Positions 8,822 through 19,102 of a stretch of DNA of 64,000 bases are shown piece by piece (the first letter of the stretch is position 1; each line of letters begins with the position of its first letter). Origin of the DNA: Proteobacteria bacterium UBA2383 (GTDB taxonomy: Bacteria > Pseudomonadota > Gammaproteobacteria > Competibacterales > Competibacteraceae); NCBI GenBank assembly GCA_002343485.1, contig DDST01000138.1:53082-117081 (forward strand). Reading direction: 5' to 3'. The notes under the pieces are model-generated. The model ran no database searches. It was not told the DNA's origin and was given only the letters and a program-made list of their open reading frames with translations. Position numbers and translations under genes: made by a program.

Positions 8822-11548
8822 TTACCCGGCGCCTGGCAATTCCACAATAAACGTAGCGCCCTGCCCAGGCTCGCTCTCTACCCAGATGCGTCCATTATGG
8901 TGTTCGACAATCTTTTGACTGATAGGTAACCCCAAGCCGGTACCTTTGGGTTTGCCAGCGAGTGCGTTGCTCACCTGATGAAATTTCTCAAAGATCAGCT
9001 TGTGTTGATCAGAGGTAATACCCGGACCATTGTCGAGGACCTCGATGCGCCAGCGATTCATTAAACTCGGTTGTAAACGAATAGTGACTTCACCACTCTG
9101 TTCCGGGCAGAATTTCACCGCGTTCGATAGCAGATTGATAATGACCTGGGTTAAGCGATCGTGGTCGCCATCGATGATTACGGGAACATCCCCCAGATCC
9201 TCATGCAGCGCCACCGCTTTGTCGCAAAACAATTGGCTGGTGGAATTGATGGCATCTTGAATCAATGTACGAAGATCGACTTCGTCGACATGCCAGTCGA
9301 TTCGGCCAGAATCAATCTTAGCCATATCCAGCACCTGATTGATCAATCGGGTGAGTCGCTCGCTTTCCTTGACAATAATACTCAGGAACTTGCTGCGTTG
9401 CTCAACTTCCATGTCAGGGTTAGCCAGGAGGATTTCTGAGAAAGCGCGGATTGAAGTCAGAGGAGTGCGTAGTTCATGGGTCACGGTGGAGATGAATTCG
9501 TCCTTAAGGCGGTCGAGTTCTCGCAAGCGGTTATTCGCTTCACGCAGTTCAGCAGAGGTGGCTTCCAGTTCATGGGACTTTTGTTCCAGCCGGCGGCTGT
9601 ATTCGAGGACCTGTGTGCTCTCATCAAGGATCGTCATGACCTCTTCAATGCTGAGCACTTCGCCCATGACAATCGACGAGATCATCACCCGTGCAGACGC
9701 GGCGCCAATCGCTCCAGCCAGCAATCGCTCGGTGTAATGAATCAGCCGGGAATCCGCTTGCAATGGATAACCACTATGGTCATGGGCATAACGGTCGAAG
9801 GCCTCAGTCGCGCGTTGAGGGCCAAGAAACCGGGCCAGCAGATCATACAGCTCGGCTGTTTCTACCACACCCCGCCATAGCAGCGAATCACCGTCGTGGC
9901 GTTCACGTTTGAAGATATCAACGAACTGGCTGCCCTGTACTTGTTCGAGGGGATCTGGCTGGCTCAGCATTGAACCGAACACCAACCCGCCAATGTTAAG
10001 CAGCATGCTCCAGAACACTGAATGCATGTAGGGATCGAGATTCTCAAGACCAAATAGGGCATAAGGTTTGAGCAGCTCTAGGCCAAATGGGCCAATGTTG
10101 ACGAAATCAGCGCCGATCCAACCGGAGCGGGCCATGGCCGGCAGAAGCAGGGTATAGGCCCAGACTAGAAATCCCGCGCTCAATCCAATCAGCGCTCCTC
10201 GCCGGTTAGCACGCTTCCAGTACAAGCCAATCAGGATGGGCGGTGCGAACTGGGCGGCGGCGGCGAAAGAAACCAGGCCGCTGGCGACCAGCGCATAGGA
10301 TTCGCCAACAAACCGGAAATACAAGTACCCCAGCAGGATCAAGATCACGATGCCGGCACGCCGGATGCCCAGAAGTAGACCGGACCAGTCAGATCGTCTT
10401 GCCAGCCATCGCGGGTTAGCGCGCAGCAAGATCGGCATGACCAGATCATTGCAAACCATGGTGGACAGCGTGACAGTTTCAAACATGATCATGCTGGCGG
10501 CCGCTGACAATCCGCCCAGAAACACCAGCAGTGCCAGCATTGGCATCTGCTCAGCCATCGGCAGCGCTAGTACGAAGGTGTCTGCATCCACGCTGCCATT
10601 GCTGAACACTAAGCGCCCGCCCAAGGCAATAGGTAACACAAACAGGTTAATGGCGAACAGATAGAGAGGAAATAACCAGATCGCCTTGCGGATATGTGTC
10701 TCGTTGACATTTTCCACTACCAGCACCTGGAATTGCCGAGGCAGAAACAGAAATGCCATCATTGACAGGAAGGTTAATGACAACCAGCCGCCATAACCGC
10801 CGGGTACCACTTCAAAGCGCAGCAACGGCGCTAGATCTGGGTGTGCCGCCGCCTGCTGGAACAGATCGCCAGGACCGTCGAACAGCAGGAAAGTTACTAC
10901 GACGCCCACCAGCATGAAGGCTAGCAGTTTAAAAAGGGATTCGAAGGCGACCGCTGCTACCATCCCTTCGTGGCGCTCAGTGTTGTCGATGTGGCGGGTG
11001 CCAAACAGAATAGTGAACACGCTCAGCACCAGGGCCACGTAGAACGTGGTATCCATCCAAACCGGATGTTGCGTGGACACCGCTAGCCGGCTCACCTCCG
11101 GATATTGGCGCAGCAGGCTGAAACTGGCGGCAATGGCTTTCAGTTGAATCGAGATATAGGGCAGGATGCCGAGCATCACAATCAGCGTCACCATCCCAGC
11201 CAGCAGACCGCTTTTCCCGTAGCGGGAACCGATGAAATCAGCGATGGAGGTGATGCGATGCGCTTTGGTAATGCGTACGATGCGCCGTAGCACGAACCAG
11301 AACAACACTGCCATTAGCGTTGGTCCCAGATAGACCGGCAGGAAATCCACCCCGCTGACCGCCGCCAATCCGACACTGCCGTAAAATGTCCAGGCAGTAC
11401 AATAGATTGCTAGCGAGAGTGTATAAATATAGGGATTGGCAATGATCGAGCGGCCAGTATCGGCACGTTGGTCGCCATAATAGGCGATACCGAATAGCAC
11501 GCCCATGTAAGCGAAGGCGCTGGCGAGGATGATACTGTCGCTCATCAT
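8822..11548 (-). CDS. sensor histidine kinase with N-terminal sodium:solute symporter (SLC5/SSS) domain and STAC-like linker (CbrA/CrbS architecture, no receiver)
   Basis: 908 aa. About 560 aa of multi-TM symporter-like sequence. A soluble segment (..LYDLLARFLGPQRATEAFDRY..) resembles STAC. Then a coiled coil, HisKA STVTHELRTPLTSI, and HATPase (NLLSNAVKF, DNGPGI, GTGLGLPISQKIV). Confidence 0.9.
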   Translation of the reverse strand: MMSDSIILASAFAYMGVLFGIAYYGDQRADTGRSIIANPYIYTLSLAIYCTAWTFYGSVGLAAVSGVDFLPVYLGPTLMAVLFWFVLRRIVRITKAHRITSIADFIGSRYGKSGLLAGMVTLIVMLGILPYISIQLKAIAASFSLLRQYPEVSRLAVSTQHPVWMDTTFYVALVLSVFTILFGTRHIDNTERHEGMVAAVAFESLFKLLAFMLVGVVVTFLLFDGPGDLFQQAAAHPDLAPLLRFEVVPGGYGGWLSLTFLSMMAFLFLPRQFQVLVVENVNETHIRKAIWLFPLYLFAINLFVLPIALGGRLVFSNGSVDADTFVLALPMAEQMPMLALLVFLGGLSAAASMIMFETVTLSTMVCNDLVMPILLRANPRWLARRSDWSGLLLGIRRAGIVILILLGYLYFRFVGESYALVASGLVSFAAAAQFAPPILIGLYWKRANRRGALIGLSAGFLVWAYTLLLPAMARSGWIGADFVNIGPFGLELLKPYALFGLENLDPYMHSVFWSMLLNIGGLVFGSMLSQPDPLEQVQGSQFVDIFKRERHDGDSLLWRGVVETAELYDLLARFLGPQRATEAFDRYAHDHSGYPLQADSRLIHYTERLLAGAIGAASARVMISSIVMGEVLSIEEVMTILDESTQVLEYSRRLEQKSHELEATSAELREANNRLRELDRLKDEFISTVTHELRTPLTSIRAFSEILLANPDMEVEQRSKFLSIIVKESERLTRLINQVLDMAKIDSGRIDWHVDEVDLRTLIQDAINSTSQLFCDKAVALHEDLGDVPVIIDGDHDRLTQVIINLLSNAVKFCPEQSGEVTIRLQPSLMNRWRIEVLDNGPGITSDQHKLIFEKFHQVSNALAGKPKGTGLGLPISQKIVEHHNGRIWVESEPGQGATFIVELPGAG

Positions 11549-11842
11549 TCAAGAAGACTCCGGCGGGTCCTGCGCATCAGAAGCGCCACCTGGTCGAGAG
11601 AAACCCTGAGTGCGGGTCGCGCCAGACTTGGTGGATTCGGTGGGTTCCCGGATTTCTGAGCGTTGTACTACCAGGATCAATAGCACAATCAGTACGAACC
11701 AAATCAGATAGAGATAAAAATACAGTAACGGAATACCGAATGGCGCCCATGACCGGTCGAACAAATCCAGCACTGGATAATTGATCGCCAGAGCACCGCA
11801 GATGAATAGAATCGTGATGTATTCCCGGGATTGCTGCCGCAT
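11549..11842 (-). CDS. small two-TM membrane protein (resembles the small partners found upstream of SSS transporters, DUF3311-like)
   Basis: 97 aa with two hydrophobic helices and a polar tail. Its stop codon directly abuts the kinase start codon (11549 / 11548). Confidence 0.55.
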   Translation of the reverse strand: MRQQSREYITILFICGALAINYPVLDLFDRSWAPFGIPLLYFYLYLIWFVLIVLLILVVQRSEIREPTESTKSGATRTQGFSRPGGASDAQDPPESS

Positions 11843-11874
11843 TGGACTAGGGATTAGTAGTGAGTGTTAAGGGG

Positions 11875-13971
11875 TTAGAAGTTTGCTTGGGTCTTGCGGA
11901 TCTCCACCATCTTATCAGAGGCCTCCAGCGCTTGGCCGAGAGTCTTGACGCCTTGTGCTTCCAATAAATCGAGCAGCTTGAGAAAAACCTGTGCGGTGAC
12001 TAGCGAGTCACCCAGGGCAGTATGGCGGTCATGCACGTCTACTCCCAGGCGATCGGCAATGGCATCCAGGTTATGGTCGTCGGTGTAGTCATGCAAGTAA
12101 CCGGATAACAACAAAGTATCCAGTACCGGATTGCCGAAATAAATGCCAGCTTTCCGCTCTTTCATCTTAAGGAACTTCATATCAAAGGCAGCGTTGTGGG
12201 CAACCAGTACCGTTTGGTCGTCACCAACGAATTTGCGGAATTGCGGCAATACCACATCGATACCCGCCTTATCCTTGATCATGTCATCGGTAATGCCGTG
12301 AAAACGAATCGAGGCTTTGGGAATCGGCCGGCCGGGGTTGACCAACTGATCGAAGCTCTCGCCGGCCAGCAGCCGGCGGTTGACAATGCGTACTCCGGCG
12401 ATCTGGATAATTTCATCCCCCTTGGAAGGTGCCAAACCAGTGGTTTCGGTATCGAATACCACGTAAGTGAGCGCACTCAGCGGGTAGTTGAGCAGCTCAC
12501 CCCATTCCTCGCGGTGTTGGGCTAGGGAGAAATCATAGAATTCAGGCCGTTCCGGCAAGTTTTCTGGCGGCTCTTTCCATTGGCGCGTCGAATTTGGCAG
12601 CGGCAAACGCAGCAAGGCATATCCAGGCCGGCGGTGGGACTGGCTCCAGATATCGCTGTTGTGCCGGCGCAGGATTTCGCCTACGGTCGTTGCGCCCACG
12701 AGATCCTGCACATGTTCACTGAGCCAGCCTTCTAAATGATCGGCAGACAGCGGCTCTCCCGGCCAGATGATGTCCAGGTAGACATGCCGGTTGCCCAATA
12801 AACATTCGATCTCAAAGGTTGAGCTGATCCCATGAGTGTGCAAGTGATTGAGAGTGTGTTCTAGCAACAGCATGATCGAGTGGTTGTCGACATTGAGCCA
12901 TAGGGGCATGCCTACCATCTTCACGTGGAGGTCCGTGCGCTTGCTCATATGGTGGATCACACTGCCAATTAAGTCTGCAGAATAGACATCGTTCATTGGC
13001 CAGCGGTTGGCGTATAGCGTACGCAGTTCGAGAGCCAGTTCCTGCAAACGTTGGCTGAGCTGTTCGCTTTCTTCAACGATCACTCGCTGGAAGGTTTCAC
13101 GCTGCGGCTGATCCATACCCGCGAAGTTCATGATCATTTCCGCTGCCGCTCGCAGATTGGCCAATGGCCGGCGCAAGTCCTCGGTGCGAGTCTTGAGCAG
13201 GAAGCGATCAACCTGTTGCGTGACATCACGGAAGGTGATGACGAAGGCCGATGTGCGGTCCATGGCGCTTGGCAACAGGCTCATCCGGCAGTGGAGCAGG
13301 GTCCCATCATCTACTGTTGCACAGACAAATTCGGCATCGCTGGCTGGTTTGCCTTCCCCATTGCTCTGTTGGCGGTAATGTAGCAGTTGCAGGGTGCTTT
13401 CGATGGGAGCGCGGGTCCACAGAGCATAGAGGGAGCGGCCTAAGCCTAGCATCTCGCGGTTGGGCAGCAGTTTCGCTGCCGCTGCGTTGTAGAGCAGGAT
13501 GCGCGCGTCGCCATCGCAAACCAGCACGCCTTCTGATAATTCGCGCAAGACAGTTTCCAAGCGGGCTTTCTGCTCTTCGATCTCTTGGGTGCCCGTCGCG
13601 GCGGCGGCAGCAGCTTCGCGACGAGCTTTATGCAGAGCCTCGCCCAGTTCCAGCAGCATGGTGGGGAATTCGCCCAGCCAATGTTGTTTGGGCAGTTCCA
13701 GCATGTAACCGGGATTGCTGCGAGTGATGATCCGTGCACCGCGCGCCAGGGCGCCTAAGGGAATGAAACAGTGCCAGTCGAGGAGCGACCAGACTACCGT
13801 GGTGCCGCTGATAATAGCGAACGCAGCCAGAACCACCCAAAGCAGCAGCAACTCACGCTCGTCAGTTTCCGGAATCGTCTGGAAAATCTGCCAACCGATC
13901 CAAAGTAGCGAGACCAGCGTCAGTACCGCTGGAATCAGCCACAACAGCCAGAGCCGGGTCCGGTAGCGCAT
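11875..13971 (-). CDS. membrane-anchored PAS protein with degenerate histidine-kinase core fused to a DEDDh (DnaQ-like) 3'-5' exonuclease domain
   Basis: 698 aa with two N-terminal TM helices, a HAMP-like linker and PAS ([25 protein letters not shown]). The DHp-like segment reads RTEDLRRPL where kinases have SHELRTPL. The CA-like region lacks clear G1/G2 boxes. C-terminal Exo [11 protein letters not shown], Exo [15 protein letters not shown], Exo [17 protein letters not shown]. Confidence 0.85.
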   Translation of the reverse strand: MRYRTRLWLLWLIPAVLTLVSLLWIGWQIFQTIPETDERELLLLWVVLAAFAIISGTTVVWSLLDWHCFIPLGALARGARIITRSNPGYMLELPKQHWLGEFPTMLLELGEALHKARREAAAAAATGTQEIEEQKARLETVLRELSEGVLVCDGDARILLYNAAAAKLLPNREMLGLGRSLYALWTRAPIESTLQLLHYRQQSNGEGKPASDAEFVCATVDDGTLLHCRMSLLPSAMDRTSAFVITFRDVTQQVDRFLLKTRTEDLRRPLANLRAAAEMIMNFAGMDQPQRETFQRVIVEESEQLSQRLQELALELRTLYANRWPMNDVYSADLIGSVIHHMSKRTDLHVKMVGMPLWLNVDNHSIMLLLEHTLNHLHTHGISSTFEIECLLGNRHVYLDIIWPGEPLSADHLEGWLSEHVQDLVGATTVGEILRRHNSDIWSQSHRRPGYALLRLPLPNSTRQWKEPPENLPERPEFYDFSLAQHREEWGELLNYPLSALTYVVFDTETTGLAPSKGDEIIQIAGVRIVNRRLLAGESFDQLVNPGRPIPKASIRFHGITDDMIKDKAGIDVVLPQFRKFVGDDQTVLVAHNAAFDMKFLKMKERKAGIYFGNPVLDTLLLSGYLHDYTDDHNLDAIADRLGVDVHDRHTALGDSLVTAQVFLKLLDLLEAQGVKTLGQALEASDKMVEIRKTQANF

Positions 13972-13977
13972 GATGGT

Positions 13978-14358
13978 TCAGTCCGTTTCAGCGAGCAACT
14001 CACGAACCCGCTCCACCACCTCCTGAGTCGAGAAAGGTTTTGTGATGTAGTCATCCGCACCCAATGCTAATCCCTTTTCTTTTTCGACCTCACGTCCTTT
14101 GGCAGTTAGCATGATAATGCGAACACCAGCCCAGTCTGGATTGGCGCGAATCGCCTGACAGACTTCATAGCCATTCTTGCGAGGCATCATCACATCAAGC
14201 AACACCAGATCTGGCGGGTCGGCAAAGATAGCAGCCAGTGCCGCTTCGCCATCTGAGGCAGTCCGCACTTGGAAGCCCGCTTGCTTCATCAAAAACTCCA
14301 AGGACAGAACGATATTCGGTTCATCGTCCACCACTAGAATTTTGTTAGCCATATCCAC
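13978..14358 (-). CDS. single-domain (CheY-like) response regulator
   Basis: 126 aa. ILVVDDEP, DLVLLDVMMP, IIMLTAK and ITKPF are all present. No output domain. Confidence 0.9.
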   Translation of the reverse strand: MDMANKILVVDDEPNIVLSLEFLMKQAGFQVRTASDGEAALAAIFADPPDLVLLDVMMPRKNGYEVCQAIRANPDWAGVRIIMLTAKGREVEKEKGLALGADDYITKPFSTQEVVERVRELLAETD

Positions 14359-14393
14359 TCTCCCGGTCAGCGGGTTTACTCGCTCGGGCGATA

Positions 14394-14732
14394 TTATGCG
14401 GGTTTATCAGTACTGCTGTGTACCGTGTCTTTCTCACGCGGTTCCTGCGAGGAGTCGGTTTTGCGGTCTGCCACATCTTTGGCTGCAGTTGCCATATTCC
14501 CGCCGCTGGCCTTGGCGACCGCCTCCCAGAATTTCTGCACCATTTCCATCGAATGAAATTGAGTGGGTAACAACGGCTTGAATAAGCTCAGTGCGTCGAA
14601 GTTGATCGCACCGCGCTGCACGTTGTCACGGATCGTCTGCAAAATATCGTCGTGCAGAGGCTGAATGTTTGGCAGACCCAGAAACTCGCGCATTTCGTGG
14701 GCAGTGGCTTCAACGCTGACATTGACTTTCAT
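14394..14732 (-). CDS. hypothetical protein, first gene of the operon
   Basis: 112 aa with AAGGA 9 nt upstream of the ATG. Helical N-terminal ~75 aa and a polar tail. No motif I can name. Confidence 0.55.
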   Translation of the reverse strand: MKVNVSVEATAHEMREFLGLPNIQPLHDDILQTIRDNVQRGAINFDALSLFKPLLPTQFHSMEMVQKFWEAVAKASGGNMATAAKDVADRKTDSSQEPREKDTVHSSTDKPA

Positions 14733-14911
14733 CGAAAAAATCCTTGTACTTCAGGACTACAGATTTGACCACTGGCGCTGAGGCCGGGCCGCGAAATTTA
14801 AGGAATCGCCTAACCAATCAAGAATAGCAGGAATGACGCAGGTCTTGTGCGTCAGGTCGTGCTGCATGTTTCAAGCGAGGTGAAACTAATAGAAATCACT
14901 ATTTCGGGCAA

Positions 14912-16804
14912 CTACTCGCCAGTATTCTGGCGAGATGAGCGGCGTTTGAGATGAATCAACAGCAGGGAAACTGCAGCAGGAGTTACTCCCGGAACGCGAC
15001 CGGCCTGGCCCAAGGTCTGGGGCCGATGGCGGTCTAGCTTCTCTCGCACTTCCCGCGATAGACCATGAACTGCGGTATAGTCCAAATCGGCCGGAAGCAC
15101 CAGCTCTTCATGACGGCGCTGCCGTTCGATCTCTTCGCGTTGCCGCTCGATGTAGCCGGCATACTTGGCTTGAATTTCCACCTGCTCGGCGACCTGGGGA
15201 TCGGCGACGCTGGGACCGATGCCGGGTAGGCGCATTAATCCCGCATAACTGACTTCGGGCCGGCGTAGTAGCTCCGCAGCGCGACTTTCCCTCGCCAGCG
15301 GGCCTTGTAAGACCTGTTGTATGTCATTTTCAGTAAGTTGGCCCGGACGCACCCATAATGCACGTAACCGCTGATTTTCTTGCTCAATCGCTTCACGTTT
15401 GGTTTCGAATGCCTGCCAGCGTTCATCATCGACCAGTCCCAGCCGGCGTCCTATTTCAGTCAGACGCAAGTCGGCATTGTCCTCACGCAACAACAAGCGG
15501 TGTTCGGCGCGACTGGTAAACATCCGGTAGGGTTCCGTAGCGCCCCGGGTGACGAGATCATCGATCAAGACGCCGAGATAAGCCTCATCGCGATTCGGCC
15601 ACCATGGCGCTTCAGCGCGGACATACCGTCCAGCATTAATCCCGGCTAGCAAGCCTTGCGCAGCGGCTTCCTCATAACCCGTGGTGCCATTAATCTGCCC
15701 GGCGAAGAACAAACCTTGAACGGAGCGGGTTTGCAAAGAGTAGTCGAGATCACGCGGATCGAAAAAATCATATTCAATCGCATAGCCAGGCCGGGTGATA
15801 TGGGCATTCTCTAAGCCTTTCATCGAACGCACCAGTTGATATTGAATGTCAAACGGCAGGCTGGTGGAGATGCCATTGGGATAAAATTCGTGAGTCTGCA
15901 AACCTTCCGGCTCTAGAAAAATCTGATGGGAGTTCTTGCTGGCAAAGCGGTGAATTTTGTCCTCAATCGATGGGCAATAGCGTGGGCCAATACCTTCAAT
16001 CACCCCGGTGTACATCGGCGAGCGATCCAGACCGCTGCGAATGATGTCATGGGTTCGTTCATTGGTATGAGTGATCCAGCAGGAGATCTGCTGCGGGTGT
16101 TCAGCAACCGAGCCAAGATAAGAAAACACGGGACAGGGTTCATCGCCGGGCTGTTCAGTCAATTGTGTGAAATCAATGCTGAGCCCATCTAGCCGGGGTG
16201 GAGTACCCGTTTTGAGCCGGCCTGCACGCAAGGGTAATTCCCGCAAGCGTGCTGCTAAAGCGTTAGAAGGAGGGTCGCCGGCCCGGCCACCTTCGTAATT
16301 TGTCAGCCCGACATGAATGCGCCCGGCCAGAAACGTGCCTGCGGTTAGCACTACTGCCCTTGCGGCGAAACGGATGCCTGTTTGGGTGATAACTCCGGTA
16401 ACCCGGCTGCCTTCGACGATCAGATCAGCGGCGGCCTGCTGAAATACCCGCAGATGAGGTTGGTTTTCAATCAGCATTCGTACGGCTGACCGGTAGAGCG
16501 CCCGATCGGCCTGGCAACGGGTAGCACGTACCGCAGGTCCTTTGCGGCTGTTCAGAATACGGAATTGAATGCCTGCCTGGTCGGCAGCCCGTGCCATAAC
16601 GCCGCCGAGCGCATCAACTTCCTTGACCAGATGACCTTTACCAATACCACCAATCGCTGGGTTACAACTCATGGCGCCTACAGTTTCGATTGTATGGGTT
16701 AGCAGCAGAGTGTTTAGACCCATGCGCGCCGTGGCCATGCACGCTTCCGTACCTGCGTGGCCACCACCAATCACGATTACATCAAAAGTTTCAGAATAGT
16801 GCAT
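14912..16804 (-). CDS. mnmG: tRNA uridine 5-carboxymethylaminomethyl modification enzyme
   Basis: 630 aa. [18 protein letters not shown] motif and full-length GidA/MnmG pattern. Confidence 0.97.
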   Translation of the reverse strand: MHYSETFDVIVIGGGHAGTEACMATARMGLNTLLLTHTIETVGAMSCNPAIGGIGKGHLVKEVDALGGVMARAADQAGIQFRILNSRKGPAVRATRCQADRALYRSAVRMLIENQPHLRVFQQAAADLIVEGSRVTGVITQTGIRFAARAVVLTAGTFLAGRIHVGLTNYEGGRAGDPPSNALAARLRELPLRAGRLKTGTPPRLDGLSIDFTQLTEQPGDEPCPVFSYLGSVAEHPQQISCWITHTNERTHDIIRSGLDRSPMYTGVIEGIGPRYCPSIEDKIHRFASKNSHQIFLEPEGLQTHEFYPNGISTSLPFDIQYQLVRSMKGLENAHITRPGYAIEYDFFDPRDLDYSLQTRSVQGLFFAGQINGTTGYEEAAAQGLLAGINAGRYVRAEAPWWPNRDEAYLGVLIDDLVTRGATEPYRMFTSRAEHRLLLREDNADLRLTEIGRRLGLVDDERWQAFETKREAIEQENQRLRALWVRPGQLTENDIQQVLQGPLARESRAAELLRRPEVSYAGLMRLPGIGPSVADPQVAEQVEIQAKYAGYIERQREEIERQRRHEELVLPADLDYTAVHGLSREVREKLDRHRPQTLGQAGRVPGVTPAAVSLLLIHLKRRSSRQNTGE

Positions 16805-16971
16805 GAGATGAATAATGTAGGAATGAGAGTAAAGATTAGGATGTTAAGTTTGTTAATGCCTAAAAGGAATAAATATATAGATATCTATTTCTTTTGGATT
16901 TATAAGTACCCTGCTAAATTCTACAGCTAAACAGTCAGACATTCCGGCTCTTATTTTTCCAACCTGCCATC

Positions 16972-17727
16972 ATGACAAGGAACCCTAAGATGAATCCGGC
17001 ACAGACGCAGACTCTTTATCAACAGCCCGTCGATCAGCCGTGGTTCGATCTGGAAGCGATGAACCGTGAATTGGAAGCGGTGTCTGCCGAGCAGCGTGTG
17101 GCATGGGCGTTGGAAAATTTTTCCAGCCGGATCGTAATGACCTCCAGCTTTGGCGCACAGTCAGCGGTCTGTTTGCATATGGTCACCCAGCAATGGCCGG
17201 AAATTCCCGTTTTACTGGTCGATACCGGTTATCTGTTCCCGGAGACCTACCATTTTATTGACGAGTTGACCGAACGGTTGTCCCTTAATCTCCATATTCA
17301 CCGCGCCCAATACAGCCCGGCTTGGCAAGAGGCTCGTTACGGCAAGCTCTGGGAGCAGGGGGTAGAGGGGATCAATCGCTACAACCAGTTGAACAAAGTT
17401 GAACCGATGCAACGAGCGCTTCGCGATCTTGGTGTGGGAGCTTGGATTTCCGGTTTGCGGCGGCAGCAAGCCAAGAGCCGTCAGCATCTCGATGTACTGT
17501 TATGGCGTAATGGCCGCTGCAAAATTCACCCGGTGATCGATTGGACTGATCGCGACATTTACCGCTACCTTAGCAAATACGAACTGCCTTATCACCCGCT
17601 CTGGGAGCAAGGTTATGTCTCTATCGGTGATGTACATACTAGCCATCGGTTAGTGGATGGCATGAGCCCGGAAGATACCCGTTTTTTTGGTCTCAAACGC
17701 GAGTGCGGTTTGCACGAGCACGTTTAA
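16972..17727 (+). CDS. cysH: phosphoadenosine phosphosulfate (PAPS) reductase
   Basis: 251 aa. [10 protein letters not shown]-loop-like motif, C-terminal ECGLHE, no Fe-S cysteine cluster (PAPS rather than APS type). Confidence 0.92.
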   Translation: MTRNPKMNPAQTQTLYQQPVDQPWFDLEAMNRELEAVSAEQRVAWALENFSSRIVMTSSFGAQSAVCLHMVTQQWPEIPVLLVDTGYLFPETYHFIDELTERLSLNLHIHRAQYSPAWQEARYGKLWEQGVEGINRYNQLNKVEPMQRALRDLGVGAWISGLRRQQAKSRQHLDVLLWRNGRCKIHPVIDWTDRDIYRYLSKYELPYHPLWEQGYVSIGDVHTSHRLVDGMSPEDTRFFGLKRECGLHEHV

Positions 17728-17739
17728 GGCTAGAAAGGG

Positions 17740-18426
17740 TTATTTATTATAGGCTGCATCGTATTCGAGAATCTTCCGGAAATCGGCAGCCATAATTTCC
17801 GGTTTGTCGTCGGTAAAGACCGCGCGCAATCGAATCTGCGGATCGATAAGCATCACAGTTGATGAATGATCAACCGTGTAATTCCCTTCTGGCGCATCAG
17901 GAATCTTGTAATAAACGCCGAACTGCCGGGCCAGCCCAGCCAATTGTTCCGGCGTCCCCGTAGCACCTTGAAACCGAGGGTTGAAATAAGCTGCATACTG
18001 TCCCAAACGTTCGGGTGTATCCCGGTCCGGGTCAACGGAAATCAACAGGTAAGCATTATTTTGATCCAGATTTTCTTGCGCCAGGATCTTCTGCGTTTTA
18101 TTCAGTTCCAGTAACGCTAAGGGACAGACATCCGGGCAAAATGTGTAACCAAAATATAGAAAAGTCCACTTTCCACGCCAGCGTTCCTTATTGAACTGTT
18201 GCCCATTCTGGTCGATCAGTGTGAAATCTTCGACCGGTTTGGGAGGCACCAAGAAGATACCGGCAATAGCCGGTGGTTCAATACGATTAGGGATGAATTC
18301 GAAGTTCAGCCATAAACCTAGGCCGAACGCTAGTATTCCTGCCGACAGCACCAGCAGCATTTTTCTGCGGGGCGTGAGGGGTCGGGTAGTAATGTCAAAA
18401 CGGCCTTTTGCGTTCAAGGGTTGCAT
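17740..18426 (-). CDS. SCO1/SenC family copper chaperone / thiol-disulfide oxidoreductase
   Basis: 228 aa. N-terminal TM, FGYTFCPDVCP (CxxxC) and a downstream DHS motif. Confidence 0.9.
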   Translation of the reverse strand: MQPLNAKGRFDITTRPLTPRRKMLLVLSAGILAFGLGLWLNFEFIPNRIEPPAIAGIFLVPPKPVEDFTLIDQNGQQFNKERWRGKWTFLYFGYTFCPDVCPLALLELNKTQKILAQENLDQNNAYLLISVDPDRDTPERLGQYAAYFNPRFQGATGTPEQLAGLARQFGVYYKIPDAPEGNYTVDHSSTVMLIDPQIRLRAVFTDDKPEIMAADFRKILEYDAAYNK

Positions 18427-18432
18427 TGTGCG

Positions 18433-18918
18433 CTAATCGGAGTGGTGGTGATGAGCATGGCCGCTGCCGGGAGCCGTTCCTGCATCCTTCCCGCGCACCA
18501 TAACTTGAACCAGGATTGTGCCAGCGTTCTCGAAACGCAAGGTCAGCGGAAAAGTTTGGCCTGCGGTCAAGGGTTGCTTCAGACCGATTAACATGATGTG
18601 AAACCCCCCCGGTTGCAGCATTGTGGATTGACCGGGAGCTACTTCAATCATTTCGACCTTACGCATTTTAGCGACGTGGTTCTCCATGAGATGGGTATGC
18701 AGCTCAATGGTTTCTGCCACCTCGCTTGAACCTTCCAACAAGCGGTCAGCCGCTGGCCCCGTATTGGTCAGCATCATGTACGCAGCACCATTGGTGACGG
18801 CCGGAGGACTTTCGCGCGCCCAAGGTCCGGTAATTTGGATGGTCCCTGGTTCAGCGGCTAGAACGGGCATTCCCAAGATGAGGCAAAAAATCAAGAATAA
18901 TCGAGTCATTATTTTCAT
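18433..18918 (-). CDS. periplasmic copper chaperone PCu(A)C
   Basis: The ORF begins at a TTG. The ATG at 18918 gives MKIMTRLFLIF.., a signal peptide. H..M...M copper motif region (ELHTHLMENHVAKM) and a His-rich tail GHAHHHHSD. Confidence 0.85.
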   Translation of the reverse strand: MKIMTRLFLIFCLILGMPVLAAEPGTIQITGPWARESPPAVTNGAAYMMLTNTGPAADRLLEGSSEVAETIELHTHLMENHVAKMRKVEMIEVAPGQSTMLQPGGFHIMLIGLKQPLTAGQTFPLTLRFENAGTILVQVMVRGKDAGTAPGSGHAHHHHSD

Positions 18919-19102
18919 TGAATTGCTGCTCAAGATAACGTTATCTGTAAGTTAGATTAAAATCATACCGGGTTTTCTGAAAAAAATCCGGATTCAAGGC
19001 ACCCTATGTCTGGCCGGCTTTCCGGTGCCGCTTCCGGAAAAGATTTAAAGATAATAATGGGTGTGTCAGACAATACGGCAATACGGGCTTGGGACAGAGA
19101 AA

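Noticed and set aside
16805-16971. Possible oriC next to mnmG (gidA)
   Set aside because: The region is only 167 nt. I found no TTATCCACA-type DnaA boxes and no AT-rich 13-mer array.
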